Of a stretch of 64,000 bases of DNA, positions 23,505 to 35,877 are shown piece after piece. The stretch is from Lingula anatina (lineage: Eukaryota > Animalia > Brachiopoda), in the NCBI GenBank assembly GCA_051362555.1, contig CM120649.1:1860001-1924000 (forward strand). The letters are read 5' to 3'. The translations under genes and the position numbers were made by a program. Under the pieces are notes generated by a model. That model had not been told where the DNA came from. It saw nothing but the letters and a program-made list of their open reading frames with translations, and searched no databases. The number at the start of each line of letters is the position of its first letter. The stretch's first letter is position 1.

Positions 23505-24001
23505 TCATAAATAAGCATTATCAAACACAAGCCGAGAAAAATGTCTTACCGTTAGCTGACCGTTGTGGGACTATCAGTGGGTTCAACTGCCGTAACTGCA
23601 ATTCTTTTACATTGGTGAGACAGGCAGACAGTTTAAGACCAGGGTTGGTGAACACAGGTAACCAATGACTGTATATAGACAATACAAGTTCTACCATTTC
23701 TAAGCATGTAATAGACAACGACCACAGTACTGACTGGAATTCAACCAAGATCCTTGAATCCGACTCGTCTGATATCCTACGTAAGATACAAGAGGCTATC
23801 AACATCAGCCGTCACCAGTCACCCGTGGATAGGGTCGGGGAGGTCGATCTACCTGTGTCGTGGCCGCTATACCACCTGTTGGACAGCGAGTATCAACATC
23901 AACGTACTCACGTCAGTCTGATGAAGGCCTACGTCCAGTTTGGCCGAAAGCTTCCGGTATGAAAGTTTTCTCGGCTTGTGTGTGATACTTTTCATTTATG
24001 A
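23505..24001 (+). mobile_element. Penelope-like element remnant: inverted pLTR stub + GIY-YIG endonuclease + pLTR
   Basis: CRNCNS/YIGETGRQFKTRVGEH...HSTDWNSTKILE...RKIQEAINI (frameshift, stop); 23505-23540 is the reverse complement of the 3' end (23965-24001). Confidence 0.9.
23908..23962 (+). ncRNA. Minimal type-I hammerhead ribozyme motif (Penelope-associated), copy 2
   Basis: CTGATGA at 23918-23924; stem II ggcc-loop-ggcc; GAAA at 23946-23949; AGCT stem III. Confidence 0.7.
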
Positions 24002-24098
24002 CTGAATAAATTTGTGGTTATATTACTGGATTCACCAAAATTTGCACTAATGAAAAACGGTATCAAGGTGTTCATAAAATATATTTCGTTTCTTTCAG

Positions 24099-24112
24099 AA
24101 TCGACGACATAA
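24099..24112 (+). CDS. Terminal micro-exon of EGF copy C
   Basis: tttctttcAG|aa tcg acg aca TAA, phase 1. Confidence 0.55.
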
Positions 24113-25965
24113 ACACCTGGAAAAATAACAGGGTGCTATCTACTTTATCGTAGTTTTTAACATTTACATCTGCACTAGAAAAGTCAAACTGAAAACGGTG
24201 CGTTGTTCCACGTTACCAAAATGAATTAACATAAAACTTAAATGTTACAGGCTTAATACACTTTTCCAGAAAGCACAGAAACCAAAATTATTTTGGAATT
24301 TTTTTTATCAATTGTCAAGATATAAAACCACGTCTCCATTCTGATGACTTGTGTTCTTCTGCTGCATCTGTCAAAACTGTAATTTTGTCATTGAGCAAAT
24401 GTTAAAGTATACATATTGTTTTGATTTGGTTCGTAGAAATACATGGTCACCAAACAGTATGGTAAATCAAAGTCGTAAACAAACACTTTTCATTAGTCAT
24501 ACACTGGAAGAAGTGTCATATTACCCAAAACGTCATACGGGTTTTCACTATGTTTAACTTCGACGACCTGTATCAAAGTAGCACTGAAATTAACTGGGTG
24601 ATGCAAATAGAATATCTAACTGGTGTGAGAAGCCTTGTTTAAATGGAATTTTTGGCTGTTATTCCAACACTTTCTCGCTTTCAACTAAGTGTTTAGGCAT
24701 GCACAGCACACACACACACACACACACACGAGAGAGAGAGAGAGAGAGAGAGGAAAGGTAGACCGATGGCACGAATACGACTAGTTTAATTTTTATTTAT
24801 ACGGACTAAATCATGTCTGATGAGAAAGTCCAAATTCGCATGCAGAATAAAGAATACGACTTTACAAGCATTGCTTTTAATTAGGCATATACTGGAAGCA
24901 ATTTCAAATCATCCAATGTGTCATACGGGTTCATCTTGAACGAAAGAAGTCGATAAAAGACCTATAAACGGCGTGTGACAGTAAAAGGGGCATCGTATAT
25001 TAGCACTATATATAAGCACTTTCGTGATTGGATGGCTTCTTTTGTGTCACGTACGTTTTTCACGAGATACACTGATGTTCCGTAGCTGGCAGTATATTAT
25101 AACCAGTAGGTGAGGAGACTTTGCATTTCCTGGCCTGACTTCAACGAGAAGAAACAAGGTAAGTTTAATGTTAACTGAGACATATTGCGATCGGTGCAAT
25201 TCTGCAACTTGATGGTGATCCCCTGCACATATCAATTGTCCATAACTAAACAGTGAAATATATATTTGGTGGTTTGGGTAAAGGGTGGTGCTTCCTCTCA
25301 AATTTATGTTAAAATTTTCAGGGAATCCAATGAACCTTACCGTAATACTACCAAAGACTGATTATATAAAACAGTAGATGACTGCCTTGGTTCAAACTTT
25401 GAACAACCGTCTTTTGAATTTTAAGAGAGGAATAATGGTGTGAGAGAAGTTATTATCCATTTGTTGAAACCGTTTCGCAAATTTTATTTCAAGTGATTTC
25501 ATCATACATTTATCTCTACAGACTAACAAGCAAATTGATTTGAAAGTTACTTTAAGGCTGCGGGCGTGCTAATGGACGCTCGCCGATCTTGCAGGTATGT
25601 TCTTTAAGACAAATGGATTATATGCATTTCTGCTAAACGAAAACAGCGGGTACTTACAGAACCTGCTAATGACTTACAAAGTTGGTTTTAACAATATTTA
25701 GGTATTAAGATTAACACGATCTGTACTTGATGGGTCCCCATACCTGTATGTGTCACTATTATCACATGGTACACTTTGACATTGGCGATGCATTCTAATG
25801 GTCTTAAAAGGACAGTTGTCTGTATGATACAAATGTAAGTGACCAAGGCCAAGGAATAAATTTCCTTACTTTTGGAATGTAGCAGACCGTGCTCCAAAAG
25901 CACTAAGACCAACTTTATTTACACCCAACAATGCTTGATGCTATGGTAACGGACAAAGCCTGACT

Positions 25966-26033
25966 TTTGACTTTGTTTAATCGGGAGAGTTAAAATCCTT
26001 TTGACTTTGTTTAATCGGGAGAGTTAAAATCCT
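25966..26033. repeat. 34-bp perfect tandem duplication
   Basis: tttgactttgtttaatcgggagagttaaaatcct x2. Confidence 0.9.
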
Positions 26034-26721
26034 TGCAACTGGTAGATTATGAAGTCTAATTTCTGACGCTTAAAACCATGTATATCATCCGATTCAGACC
26101 ACTTCTTAGAGAGTTTAGTTCCAGAATGGTGCTTTATTTGGTTATTCATAGCAAGAAAAAATGAATCCTTTTTCGTTTTGTCAAGAATATTTAGTTATTC
26201 TTTTAAGTGGCCAGATTTGACTTTTTTGTCTTTGATTAAATTATATTATATATGCAAAGTATTCTTCGCGTGCAAAATTTCCAGAAAAAAAGGTATCAGA
26301 AAAGCTTTGCGATTCCATGGCATAGTTTCACTTTCAGCTTTTCTGTCACTGTTACCGAATACCTCCATCTTTTATTAGCGACCATGTTGAGTAGATGTTC
26401 TCATAACCAGCACCCAAACCAGCTACATGGCTTTGGAGTCACTGTAAAAACGATGTATCAGGAGCACGCACATGAAACTGCGACGGGGTTGACTCACCAC
26501 AAATAATAGCCTCGAAACAAGCGATGATATTACCATGAGCGTGGGATCGCAAACCGTGATGCCTATCAGAAAGATAATACATCACCGTATCGCATTGCTT
26601 GCGTGCGTTGAAATTCGCGATGTTTTCAAGAAAGCAAGCCATATTTAGTTTAAAGGTTGTCATACGTGATTTTACCACGTTGCTCTTCTGAATATCTTAT
26701 TTTATTCCAGTATAGAAGTGC

Positions 26722-26728
26722 TATAAAA
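26722..26728 (+). promoter_or_regulatory. TATA box of the intact EGF gene
   Basis: TATAAAA 38 bp upstream of ATG 26760. Confidence 0.55.
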
Positions 26729-26759
26729 CAGTACTGCATCTAACATCAACCAATCAATA

Positions 26760-28316
26760 ATGGGATTGTTGTTCTGCCCGAGCCTTGTTCTGGCCTTGAT
26801 GACGTGCGTCTTTCTCAGCCAAACTCAGCTGAGTCAAACGTGTAAGTGTATAGAGACCAACTCGACATCCAAGTTCATGTACAATAGCATGTTTGCAATT
26901 CTGAGATCAGGTATCAATTTTCGTTTCAGCATTTTGCTTGTTTGCGACAATTATATGCCTGTTTTTATGGATATTTTCACTTCTAAGTCATTCCGAACCT
27001 TCCTGTGGAGAATGCAGTCCAAGCTGCGGTATATCCGCCTCTTGTAGTTATGGATGCACAAAAACCATCACTGCCATATGCCCAGGTCTTTTCCTTACTT
27101 TAATTTTAATACGCTGAATGCTAAGCGAGCATGCAGCAGCTACTATCATAATGATATTTGGTATGACCAGGGCATGGGAATCAAACTCATGATTTCCTGC
27201 AGCAGAATGGATCACTCTGTAAGGACACTTAATAAATCATTTAGATATGGTACAGGCGTACAGGCCATGACAGTGTGAAAACGATAAGATATGCATGATC
27301 TATCTATTGAAATTGTTTGGATTTCAAAAAAATGTAACTAAACTATATGTGTGAAAGGATAAAACATGCCTGACATATATTAAATTGCCTTCCAACATCT
27401 ATTTTTTCAGTCGGATGCGAGTCTGGCAGTTGTAATAATGCTGGGACTTGTCTAGAAAATATTGACGGTCCGTCTGGCTTCCGCTGCATTTGTTCCCCTG
27501 GCTTTTTCGGAGAGAGATGCGCATTGCGTAAGCAATCTCCTTGTGTCAATAAATATCGCCCTTTGTGGATAACAGAAAATAGTTACGTGCAACTAAATGT
27601 TAGAAAGCATTTTTACTGTTGCAACAATTGATACCAACAGATATGCTTCGTTTAACACAATTTGTCCAATAATATTGTGTCTTCCTAAATAATTTAGATT
27701 TATTTATTTATTTATTTATTTATTCATTTATTTATTACTGCAAATTTAACAGTATGCCATTATCGTTTGAGATGTCCTGTGTATATAGACACTATTGACA
27801 ACATCTAGTTTAAATGCTTTTTATTCTGAAGACTAAGAAAAAAAGGATGAGCAAAAATACACAAAAAGTGGAAATTGAAACATTTTAAGGTAGATCAGTC
27901 GTTTCATGTTCCAACGTTCGAATTTTTTTTTTAATTTTTTTGTTGTTTGAAGAGACACCCAAGTACATTAAAAATTTGCAAAAAAAAAAGGGGGGCACCG
28001 ACCAAATAAGAGAACTAGCCCCAAATATGATACACCCTGCATATCGCACTAGTCCCCATTCAAATCAATGGGAAAATGGGTGTTTTTTCACTAAAGCATT
28101 ATTTTTTATGACTTTCTGACGTTCGAATTTAAAAAAAAAAAATTTGCGTAAAGAGGCCTCCAAGTACATTTAAATTTTACCAAAAAAATTTGGGGTAACC
28201 GACCAAATAAGAGAACTACACCATGTTGAAGTGCATTACACCCTGCGTGACGCACTAGTCCCCATTCAAATCAATGGGAAAATGGGTGTTTTTCACGAAA
28301 TCGTTATTTTTTATGA

Positions 28317-28347
<31 letters not shown>

Positions 28348-29516
28348 TGTGTGTGTAGAGAGACATCTAAGTACATTTAAAACTTTCATTATGTTTAACA
28401 GCTGAAGTGAGTATACTCAGCTTTTTTCAGATTTTTCATACTGATGAGGTGTAGGCCTAAGCCATTTACTTTACAAAAAATTATTGTAGAGTAATAAGGG
28501 AAATACTCATGTATATGAAAATAGTTTATGGTCGTTGTTTTATATTAATGAATATAACATGAACGTGACATCGTAAACACTGCGTTGTCAAGTAAAATGA
28601 AGCGTCTGATACAAAGTATCAAATGCGGCATTCACGCGCTTGCTTGCGGTGCGTTCAGTACACTTTGCTTACACTGACAAGTCAAGGTCAGAAGTGCACA
28701 ATCTTTCTGTAGGCTATAATATAATGCAGTTTTAATTTTGATTAGTGAATTTTCTTCAAGCTGTATGGCCATTTTCTGAACATTTGTATAAGCTACGAAA
28801 TATTTCTCAGTCAAAATTTCTCCAAATGAATGGCGTTACGACGCACTTCCGGTTTTCGTCAAAATTTAAGCTACGGTATGCAGCACATTCAAGGCGTTCT
28901 ACCTCAAAATTTACGCAGCCGCTTTGATTGGAATTTACAACACTTATTCTTTACATGATATAGCACCTACGTGCATAATTTGTGAGCTTTAGCTGTCATA
29001 CATTTTCTAGTGGCAATTCAAATTGGAAAAGGAGCTACAGTATTCCGACGGTTACGTACCTATAGCCTACTCCCCCGCACCGATACTCCCCCGCACCGAT
29101 ACTCCCCCACTTCTTTACATCCCCGCACCGATACTCCCCCGCTTCTTTACATCCCCGCACCGATGCTCCCCCGCACTGATACTCCCGCGTACCGATACTC
29201 CGCAAAAACACTACTCCCCCAAGGCATAGATTCCCTTGGCTTTGTAAACCCCATTCGTAATTTACAACACTTTCTATGCTTTTTTTTTTCAAGATGCATC
29301 ACCCTCTTGGGACACAGAATTGACTAATTTTATTCGAAATATATTGGGAAAAATAAAGAACGTTACACGAAGTCAATCTCAGACTTTGTGTGCAGCTTGA
29401 CAGTACGTAGGTCTACAGCTCTTCCTTGTGATTTTTGAGAAATGTTTTTGCAAAATTAATTTCGTTCTCCTACTGTACTCAGTAGTTACTGTAGGCTTTA
29501 TATATTGTACGGTCTT

Positions 29517-29559
<43 letters not shown>

Positions 29560-31288
29560 TTTTTTATTAACTTAAGGCAAAGTTAGTTTTAATCTAAGAT
29601 AACGCAGCTATGTCTTTTTTTCAGGCAACGATGAATTCGTAAAATTATTAAGTAATAAAAAAGAAGTGCTAAAGCGCTTCTTTTTCCGTCTTTTTCCTCC
29701 AACCTTCTTTTCTGCTCTTTAAGCTTCTTTCCCTTGTCTTTTGAATCTGAATTAGATTAGAATCTGAATTGAGCAAAATTCAAAAATTTTGAAAATTGTT
29801 GCACAACGAAATTGTCGAGACACGAGCATGCATCGTGAGCGCGCCTTTTATACTCGCAGTCCCGTCTTGTTTTCGATTTTGTTCGTTATAGATGTGAGGG
29901 CGTGCGCCGTACTCAACACGCAAAGGGCTCTTTCTCCTTTCTTGCGGCGTGCATCTTAGACCAGGCAAGTGTCACTTGCAAACCAATCGCAAACTCCTTA
30001 GAAAAGGAGCAAATTACGCTTGCGGCCTCGCTGTCCGCAGATTATTCGTAGAATCTATTGGAAATGTTCAATATCTTCCGTACGTGCTTACATACGTGCG
30101 AACTCGAAATTTCGCATAAAGGACTTGCGTAGTACATGAGATTCTCCGCAAAATTTGGACTTAAACGGGTCGTAGATTTTGATCCACTTACCTAGACTGA
30201 CCCTAACCTGTATAATTAAATGGAGGGTTGACTCTGTTACTCCATCCTCAGTTTCGTCAAAATTGCATAGGGGGAGTAATGATGCGGGGGAGTAACGGTG
30301 CGGGGGAGTAACGGTGCGCGTATAACGGCAATTTTACAGGGGGTTTGTCGATGCGGGGATCTGTCGGTGTGGGGTCGTATCGATGTGCATAATGCAAAAA
30401 ATTACTAAGGGGGAGTATCGGTGCGGGGGAGTAACGGTGCGGGGGAGTATCGGTGCGGGGGAGTAACGGTGCGGGGGAGTATCGGCATGACCCCATTCCG
30501 ACGATTTCTTGAAGGGCAAGTGCTACAGTTGTCGTATGGAATCATAGTCGACAAACGTTGTCGAAAATCTGTATCGATCATACAGAGTTAAATACAAGTT
30601 GATAATGTGTGTTTATCTTATAGATAATTGTTTTATTTCCCCAAATTGATAAAACAGACTGCAGTGTCGTTAGAGACGATTGACGGTGCGCTGAAATTAC
30701 GCAAATCGTCAAAGTACGTAACGACCGATCTACCTTAACTGAAAGAGAATACCTACATTCTAGCACTTTATAAACCTTGTAATATCTCAATTCAGGTACG
30801 TGCATCTCTAACTTCTGCTGGCATGGTGCAACGTGTGTAGCTCATACTACAAATATGAAATGGAAGTGCTTTTGCCCCCTGGGTTATCAAGGAGGATGGT
30901 GCCAAAAAGGTACGCCGTGCCTTTCTAATAGTGGACACAGTGTCTATCTCAGTATTGACAGATAACAGCTAACAGCTCGAAGTTGAAAAGCATGCAGCAA
31001 AGTGATTAAGGGCGCATTCCCATAGATTTTAGATCGATCTAGTGGGGAGTCTCACTAGATTACTGTCAGATAATCCGGCTTAAAAGTCCGTCCCGCCTAC
31101 TACAAGCTGTAAAGGGATAATTAACTTTCGTGTAAAGGGGTAATTAACTCGACTGACAGCTATCTAGCGTGAACCCCCAGGGAGTTTGGTCGATCTAGTT
31201 GGATCGATCTAATTTCTGGGAATGGGGTTTAAGTGATTAGATGGACCTTTTATAATGAAGACATTTGATGATGCCCGTTAAGGTGGTT

Positions 31289-31323
<35 letters not shown>

Positions 31324-32981
31324 TATTCTGTCGTGGACCAGTACCAATGTATATCATTTTATTTATTTTTCCCGCTCTGTTATGAAAAAATTCAGGGATC
31401 ATGTTTTCCCGCCCGCCTGTGATAATTTCTGTTACCTCTTCGTAGACTATTAGGGTTGGGAAGATGGAACTGTCGCAATGGAGAAATCTGTCATCAAAGA
31501 TGTGCATGGGCATTTCGGATCTTTCACTTAACAGATTGGGCTGCTACTCTATGAATATCCACATTTAAAACTTCCTCGCTTTAATGGTCTAGCGGGAGTT
31601 AGTAAAAAATACAGCGTGAAAATTAAGATTGAACCTTCCCCCATTGTAACGCATTCTACAATTTTCTTCTTGGCCATCGGAATGAGAGTTGAAACTTAAG
31701 GAAACGATAGTCCTATCATCAGGAATATGCGTGGGGGCTTTGGAATTTAAGTTTGCCTATTTATATGACAGTCCCCTGGCGTGGATAATTATAATTTCCT
31801 GAATTGTAAATTGGGCTATTTTCCTAAGACCTATAATGAAGAAGTTGAAACTTTTGGGACTGAATGCGCCAGATAATTTGCTTCATGTCTGCAGAAATTG
31901 ATAGCCAATTCACGAGGATATTTTGTGAGTGAGAAAAAATAATAAAACAAATGGGTTAGTTAAAGCCTCGGTCACAACCGGACGCACGTATTTTAGGATT
32001 GTACGTCCTCTACGAATTTTGGGTGCAGCGGAGGTCGTGTAGTTCGCAGAGGTTAACGAAATGTTTCAGTGGAAAGGTGCAAGTCTGCCATTTGAGACGC
32101 AGGGGCCACGCAAGATGTCCTTTTAAGAGGGACGCTATTTGCAGGGCGCGATGACCGTGGAAATTGTATTTATTCATTGAGTCTGTCTTGCGGCCTGCGT
32201 ACGTGGCACGCACTCACTACATGTACTTCCGCAGAGAATGCAACGCACGACCAAAGTAGTTCCCGTTTGCATCAGTTTTGCATCACACTTGCCTCACACC
32301 GTCACACGTTTCGATGACGTAGTGGCGGCGTACGTCTATTTTGCCTCCTTTTCTCCCCTTCTTTCTTCTTCCTCATCTTTTCTTTTCTGCTCTCAAATTT
32401 TCTTTCTTTTGCCTTATGAAGGCATATAAAAAGCTGAATTGAGCAAACTTTGAAATTCCTGAAAGTTATTGTACACGTTGCACAATCGACTTTCATTGTC
32501 GAGGCAAGAGCTTGCGTCGTGAGCACACCTTTTATACTTCAGCGTGCGCCGTACTCAACACGCAAAAGGCACTTGCTCTTTCATTGTTTGCGACGTGTGT
32601 CTTGGACCACGCACGTCTCTCTTGCGAACTCCTTGTGAACTCCTTGCGAGGCGCGCTTGTCACGCTTGCGTCCTAGCTGTTCGCAGGTTATTCGTAAAAT
32701 ATTTTGGACATGTTCAATATTCTCCGTACGTGCTTACGGGGTGTCTGCGAACTCGAAAATTCGTAAGAAGGACTTGCATGGAACGTGAGATGCTGCGGCA
32801 AATTTGGACGCGAACAGCCCATAACAGCCCGTACTGTCATGGCCTGTACGCCCGTACTAAAAGAGTCAAAGCAAAGTATCGACACTCTAGCTAACCGTCA
32901 TATATTATCTTAATGGCTTAAGATATTTTTGTTAAGGTGAACGTCAAATATATTTCTTTTCTTTCAGCAGTGACGGGATAA
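26760..32981 (+). CDS. Small secreted protein with two EGF-like domains (108 aa, 4 exons)
   Basis: join(26760-26841, 27411-27527, 30796-30909, 32968-32981), all GT-AG, phase 1: MGLLFCPSLVLALMTCVFLSQTQLSQTFGCESGSCNNAGTCLENIDGPSGFRCICSPGFFGERCALRTCISNFCWHGATCVAHTTNMKWKCFCPLGYQGGWCQKAVTG*. Confidence 0.85.
29051..30494. mobile_element. MULE/foldback-type element nested in the Kolobok
   Basis: 9-bp direct repeat ATTCCGACG at 29042-29050 and 30495-30503; inverted arms made of 16-bp ccgatactcccccgca units. Confidence 0.8.
29660..30175 (+). mobile_element. Fragment of the Harbinger-like family seen at 31964-32860, inside the MULE
   Basis: Shares ctgaattgagcaaa, gcgtgcgccgtactcaacacgcaaa, atgttcaatat...ccgtacgtgcttac and aaatttggac with 32350-32810. 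Confidence 0.7.
31010..31230. mobile_element. Palindromic PIF/Harbinger-type MITE
   Basis: taa|gggcgcattccca ... tgggaatgggg, with nested inverted gatcgatct and actagat/atctag motifs. Confidence 0.6.
31964..32860 (+). mobile_element. PIF/Harbinger-like non-autonomous element remnant in EGF gene intron 3
   Basis: TAA|agcctcggtcaca terminus; second copy at 29660-30175. Confidence 0.55.
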
Positions 32982-33239
32982 AACCGAGAATATGCAAGAG
33001 GGAATAGACCTTTGGACATTCATTGAAAATTATTTCTGAATTAAGTAACTGAATTGAAAATATTTTGGACATTGCATTTTATTCTTTTTATTGCTCTGCA
33101 ATTTCTACATCCCATTTGTTTTACCATTTATGATTCTAAGCATAGAACCCTTAATTGTCGTTTTTAGTAAAAGTGCGGACAGATATGGACATTGAAAACA
33201 CGCTATGGTCAATGGATTATTTTTCATGTTTTTAATATT

Positions 33240-35846
33240 TCAATAACAAATGCCACATTGCATTGCATTCTTTGTGTGGTACAGCTACAGTTGTAAACAA
33301 ACCCTTTGCACTGCGACCTTATGTGATTTGGGGGCTGAAAATCATTGACCCTGTCTCGATATGGCAAAGAACCATTTAAAAACTCACCATACAGATGGTG
33401 ATCGATCCAGATCAGAATGAACATTTATGTAAGTCTATGCCTGTCCTTTCCTTAATATTTCCATCAAAATTCGTTTCTTATAACAAAACTCTGTGAAGTA
33501 CGCACCAACTAGTTCACAATACCTGCCAATTTTGGTATACTGTAGCTGTTTTGCTTTACCATGTCAATATTTGGGACAAGGGTGACACCAAGCTTGCTGA
33601 AAACTGGGCAGCCACAAGCCTGAGTAACTCTTTCGATTTTTATAAAAATAAAAACCTTGTGCGTTGAATTAATCCTTGAAGTTTTATGCCTGTCGGCATA
33701 ACCCAACACAATTAATCTCCGCTCCTTAATTCTCGTAAGTGTTTTTCCAATTGCGTTGGAAGCTTATATTAGGTTCGTTCCGGAAAACGTTTCTTCATAT
33801 CAATATCCAACGGATAACAAAATTACAACACAGATTGTTAATAAGATAACGGAAGTTAGCTATTACGGAAAAGTTCATTTTGTTTCGAAGCCAGTATCTT
33901 GTGATGAACGTCAGCGTCTCGAATCTCCTGAAGAGTTCCCAAAACGGATGGTATATATTTCACCGGAAGTTTCTGTTTTAGTTCCAAAATTTCCGTTTTC
34001 CTCACGGGAGTCGCGCACAGAAGAAAGTGGCCCAAAACATCCATTAGTCGACACGTTGTGTCTAGTATGTCTTCAACAGTTTCGTGCAGCCATGAGATTT
34101 TGACCTCCAGTGAAAGGTCAAAGGTCACATTTGGCTGAGTGTCATGATCCTTACTCAGCCAAACGGCGGCCATGTTGTCCAGTCTCTGTAATTGATATAT
34201 AAATACTCAGGTAAAAGTATGTCACTTGAAATGAACAAAATATCGTCAAGAGATGTAGATGCTGTAATGTTCAATGTTACAAAAGGGTAGGCCTGAGAGG
34301 GAAGAATGACGCCGTTTGATCGACATTCAGATACAATGTGTTACCCATTAGGAAAACAATGGCCAAAGCGCTGAAAAAATAATTGCCAGGTCTCTGCTCA
34401 AAAATTGATTTGAGTCGACCCTTAATGAATGAAATACTTTAACATTGTTTTCATGGACATATTATTCACTATGTGACATATTTCTTTTCTTTTAACCTCT
34501 TACATGAAAACCAACGTCACAATTTTATTCAGTTGCGACGGTGCCATACCATGTATCTCACCTACAGCAATCAGTGCACTTGTAGTAAGTTTGATTAAAT
34601 TTCTTTATCATTTGAATTAGGTGACTAAGCCGGATTATATTGTAAACCAAATTGATGGTCAAATATTTGTGCAGAAATTTGCTTTTCCGCTTTCATTTTC
34701 AATAATAAATCAATATTTATTTTTTGTTTCAATTATCAAAGCTCGACCACAGGGCGACCACCAGAAGCACCATAGAAAAGCGTCGCATAAATATACATTG
34801 TTTTTAATAATTTTCCTCCTTTTTCCTCCTATTTCTTTTCCCTATAATAGTAATTTTTAACAATAATTTGACCATGATGTCACAGCATTCTACTTATCAC
34901 GTCAACGCCATATCTCAACGTTTGTGACGTACTGGTACATTTCGAATTGGCGGAAATCCCTCATGATGTCTTACAGTTGCCATTTTTTACTCAAGATGCC
35001 AAAAAGATAACACACAGCAGCACAAACTTACCTTTTTTATTCTGTTCAACAAGTTGACGATTTCAATTTCGTTGTCATTGGAAAGACACGCCGTGGCCAG
35101 ACCGTGAGTACATTGCAATGCCTCTTTCATGCACCCCAACTTGGCAGTCAGTTCACACCAAACTTCAGTTATTATTTTCAGTTTGTGATATCTATTAACG
35201 GTAGGGAAAAAAGAAATGTAAGGATCTGGTATTGCATTACATTGTCATAAATCTTATCCATAGGGTTTATAGTACAAAAAATACAACATGTAATAACTGT
35301 AGTTTACTAAGTTTAACAACGTTTTATAAAGGTACATGTATGAGATGCAATGTTACCAACGCTATTTAAAGTTTTTGACGTTGATTTTTGAAAGAAACAT
35401 GCACTAATGTCCGATATTGATTAAAATAGGAAAGCTTTATCTAACATAAATTGAAACTATAGTTAAGGCTGTAGCTGTATATTGCACTTCAACACAGGGA
35501 GAAGAACCATGTAACCATCACCTCGTTCTAAACGCCAGCGTTATTTTTCCTTTCTCCTCTCTCTCTATCATCTTCTGCATGGGTCTGAGGTAACCTTCCT
35601 GAAGTTGGGTGGCTACGGCTCTTAATAGAATGACATTCCTGGTTAGATTCTCGGACACCGTTTGCTCGGCCATCGCGGTGTACGCTGTTTGTTGCTCTTT
35701 TCGTTTCGGTGTACGACAGGATATTTAGAGTCTGTGGCTAAGTGATTTGTTCATCTATTACTGTGTGTGCTTTCGATTCCAACTGAAACTTATTTCTTCT
35801 TGGAGCTAGGACTTGTCGTGTTACCATTTAGAAATAGATACGCTGT

Positions 35847-35877
<31 letters not shown>

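Larger units (their letters stand above)
23812..24930 (+). repeat. Segmental duplication of ~15-1600
   Basis: Co-linear shared blocks, e.g. aattgtcaagatataaa, gttttgatttggttcgtagaaatacatggtc, gtagcactga...gggtgatgcaaatagaata, ttaggcatgcaca+(CA)(GA). Confidence 0.85.
27889..30734. mobile_element. Kolobok-type non-autonomous DNA transposon in EGF gene intron 2
   Basis: TTAA|GGTAGATCAGTCGTT ... AACGACCGATCTACC|TTAA; internal ~190-200-bp tandem duplication at 27915-28380. Confidence 0.8.

Noticed and set aside
24817-28470. Other CTGATGA motifs (24817, 28441) as hammerheads
   Set aside because: No stem II closed by GAAA.
29070-29220. 16-bp ccgatactcccccgca repeats as a CRISPR array or Pro-rich ORFs
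   Set aside because: No unique spacers; mirrored at 30270-30490 as the arms of an element bounded by a TSD.
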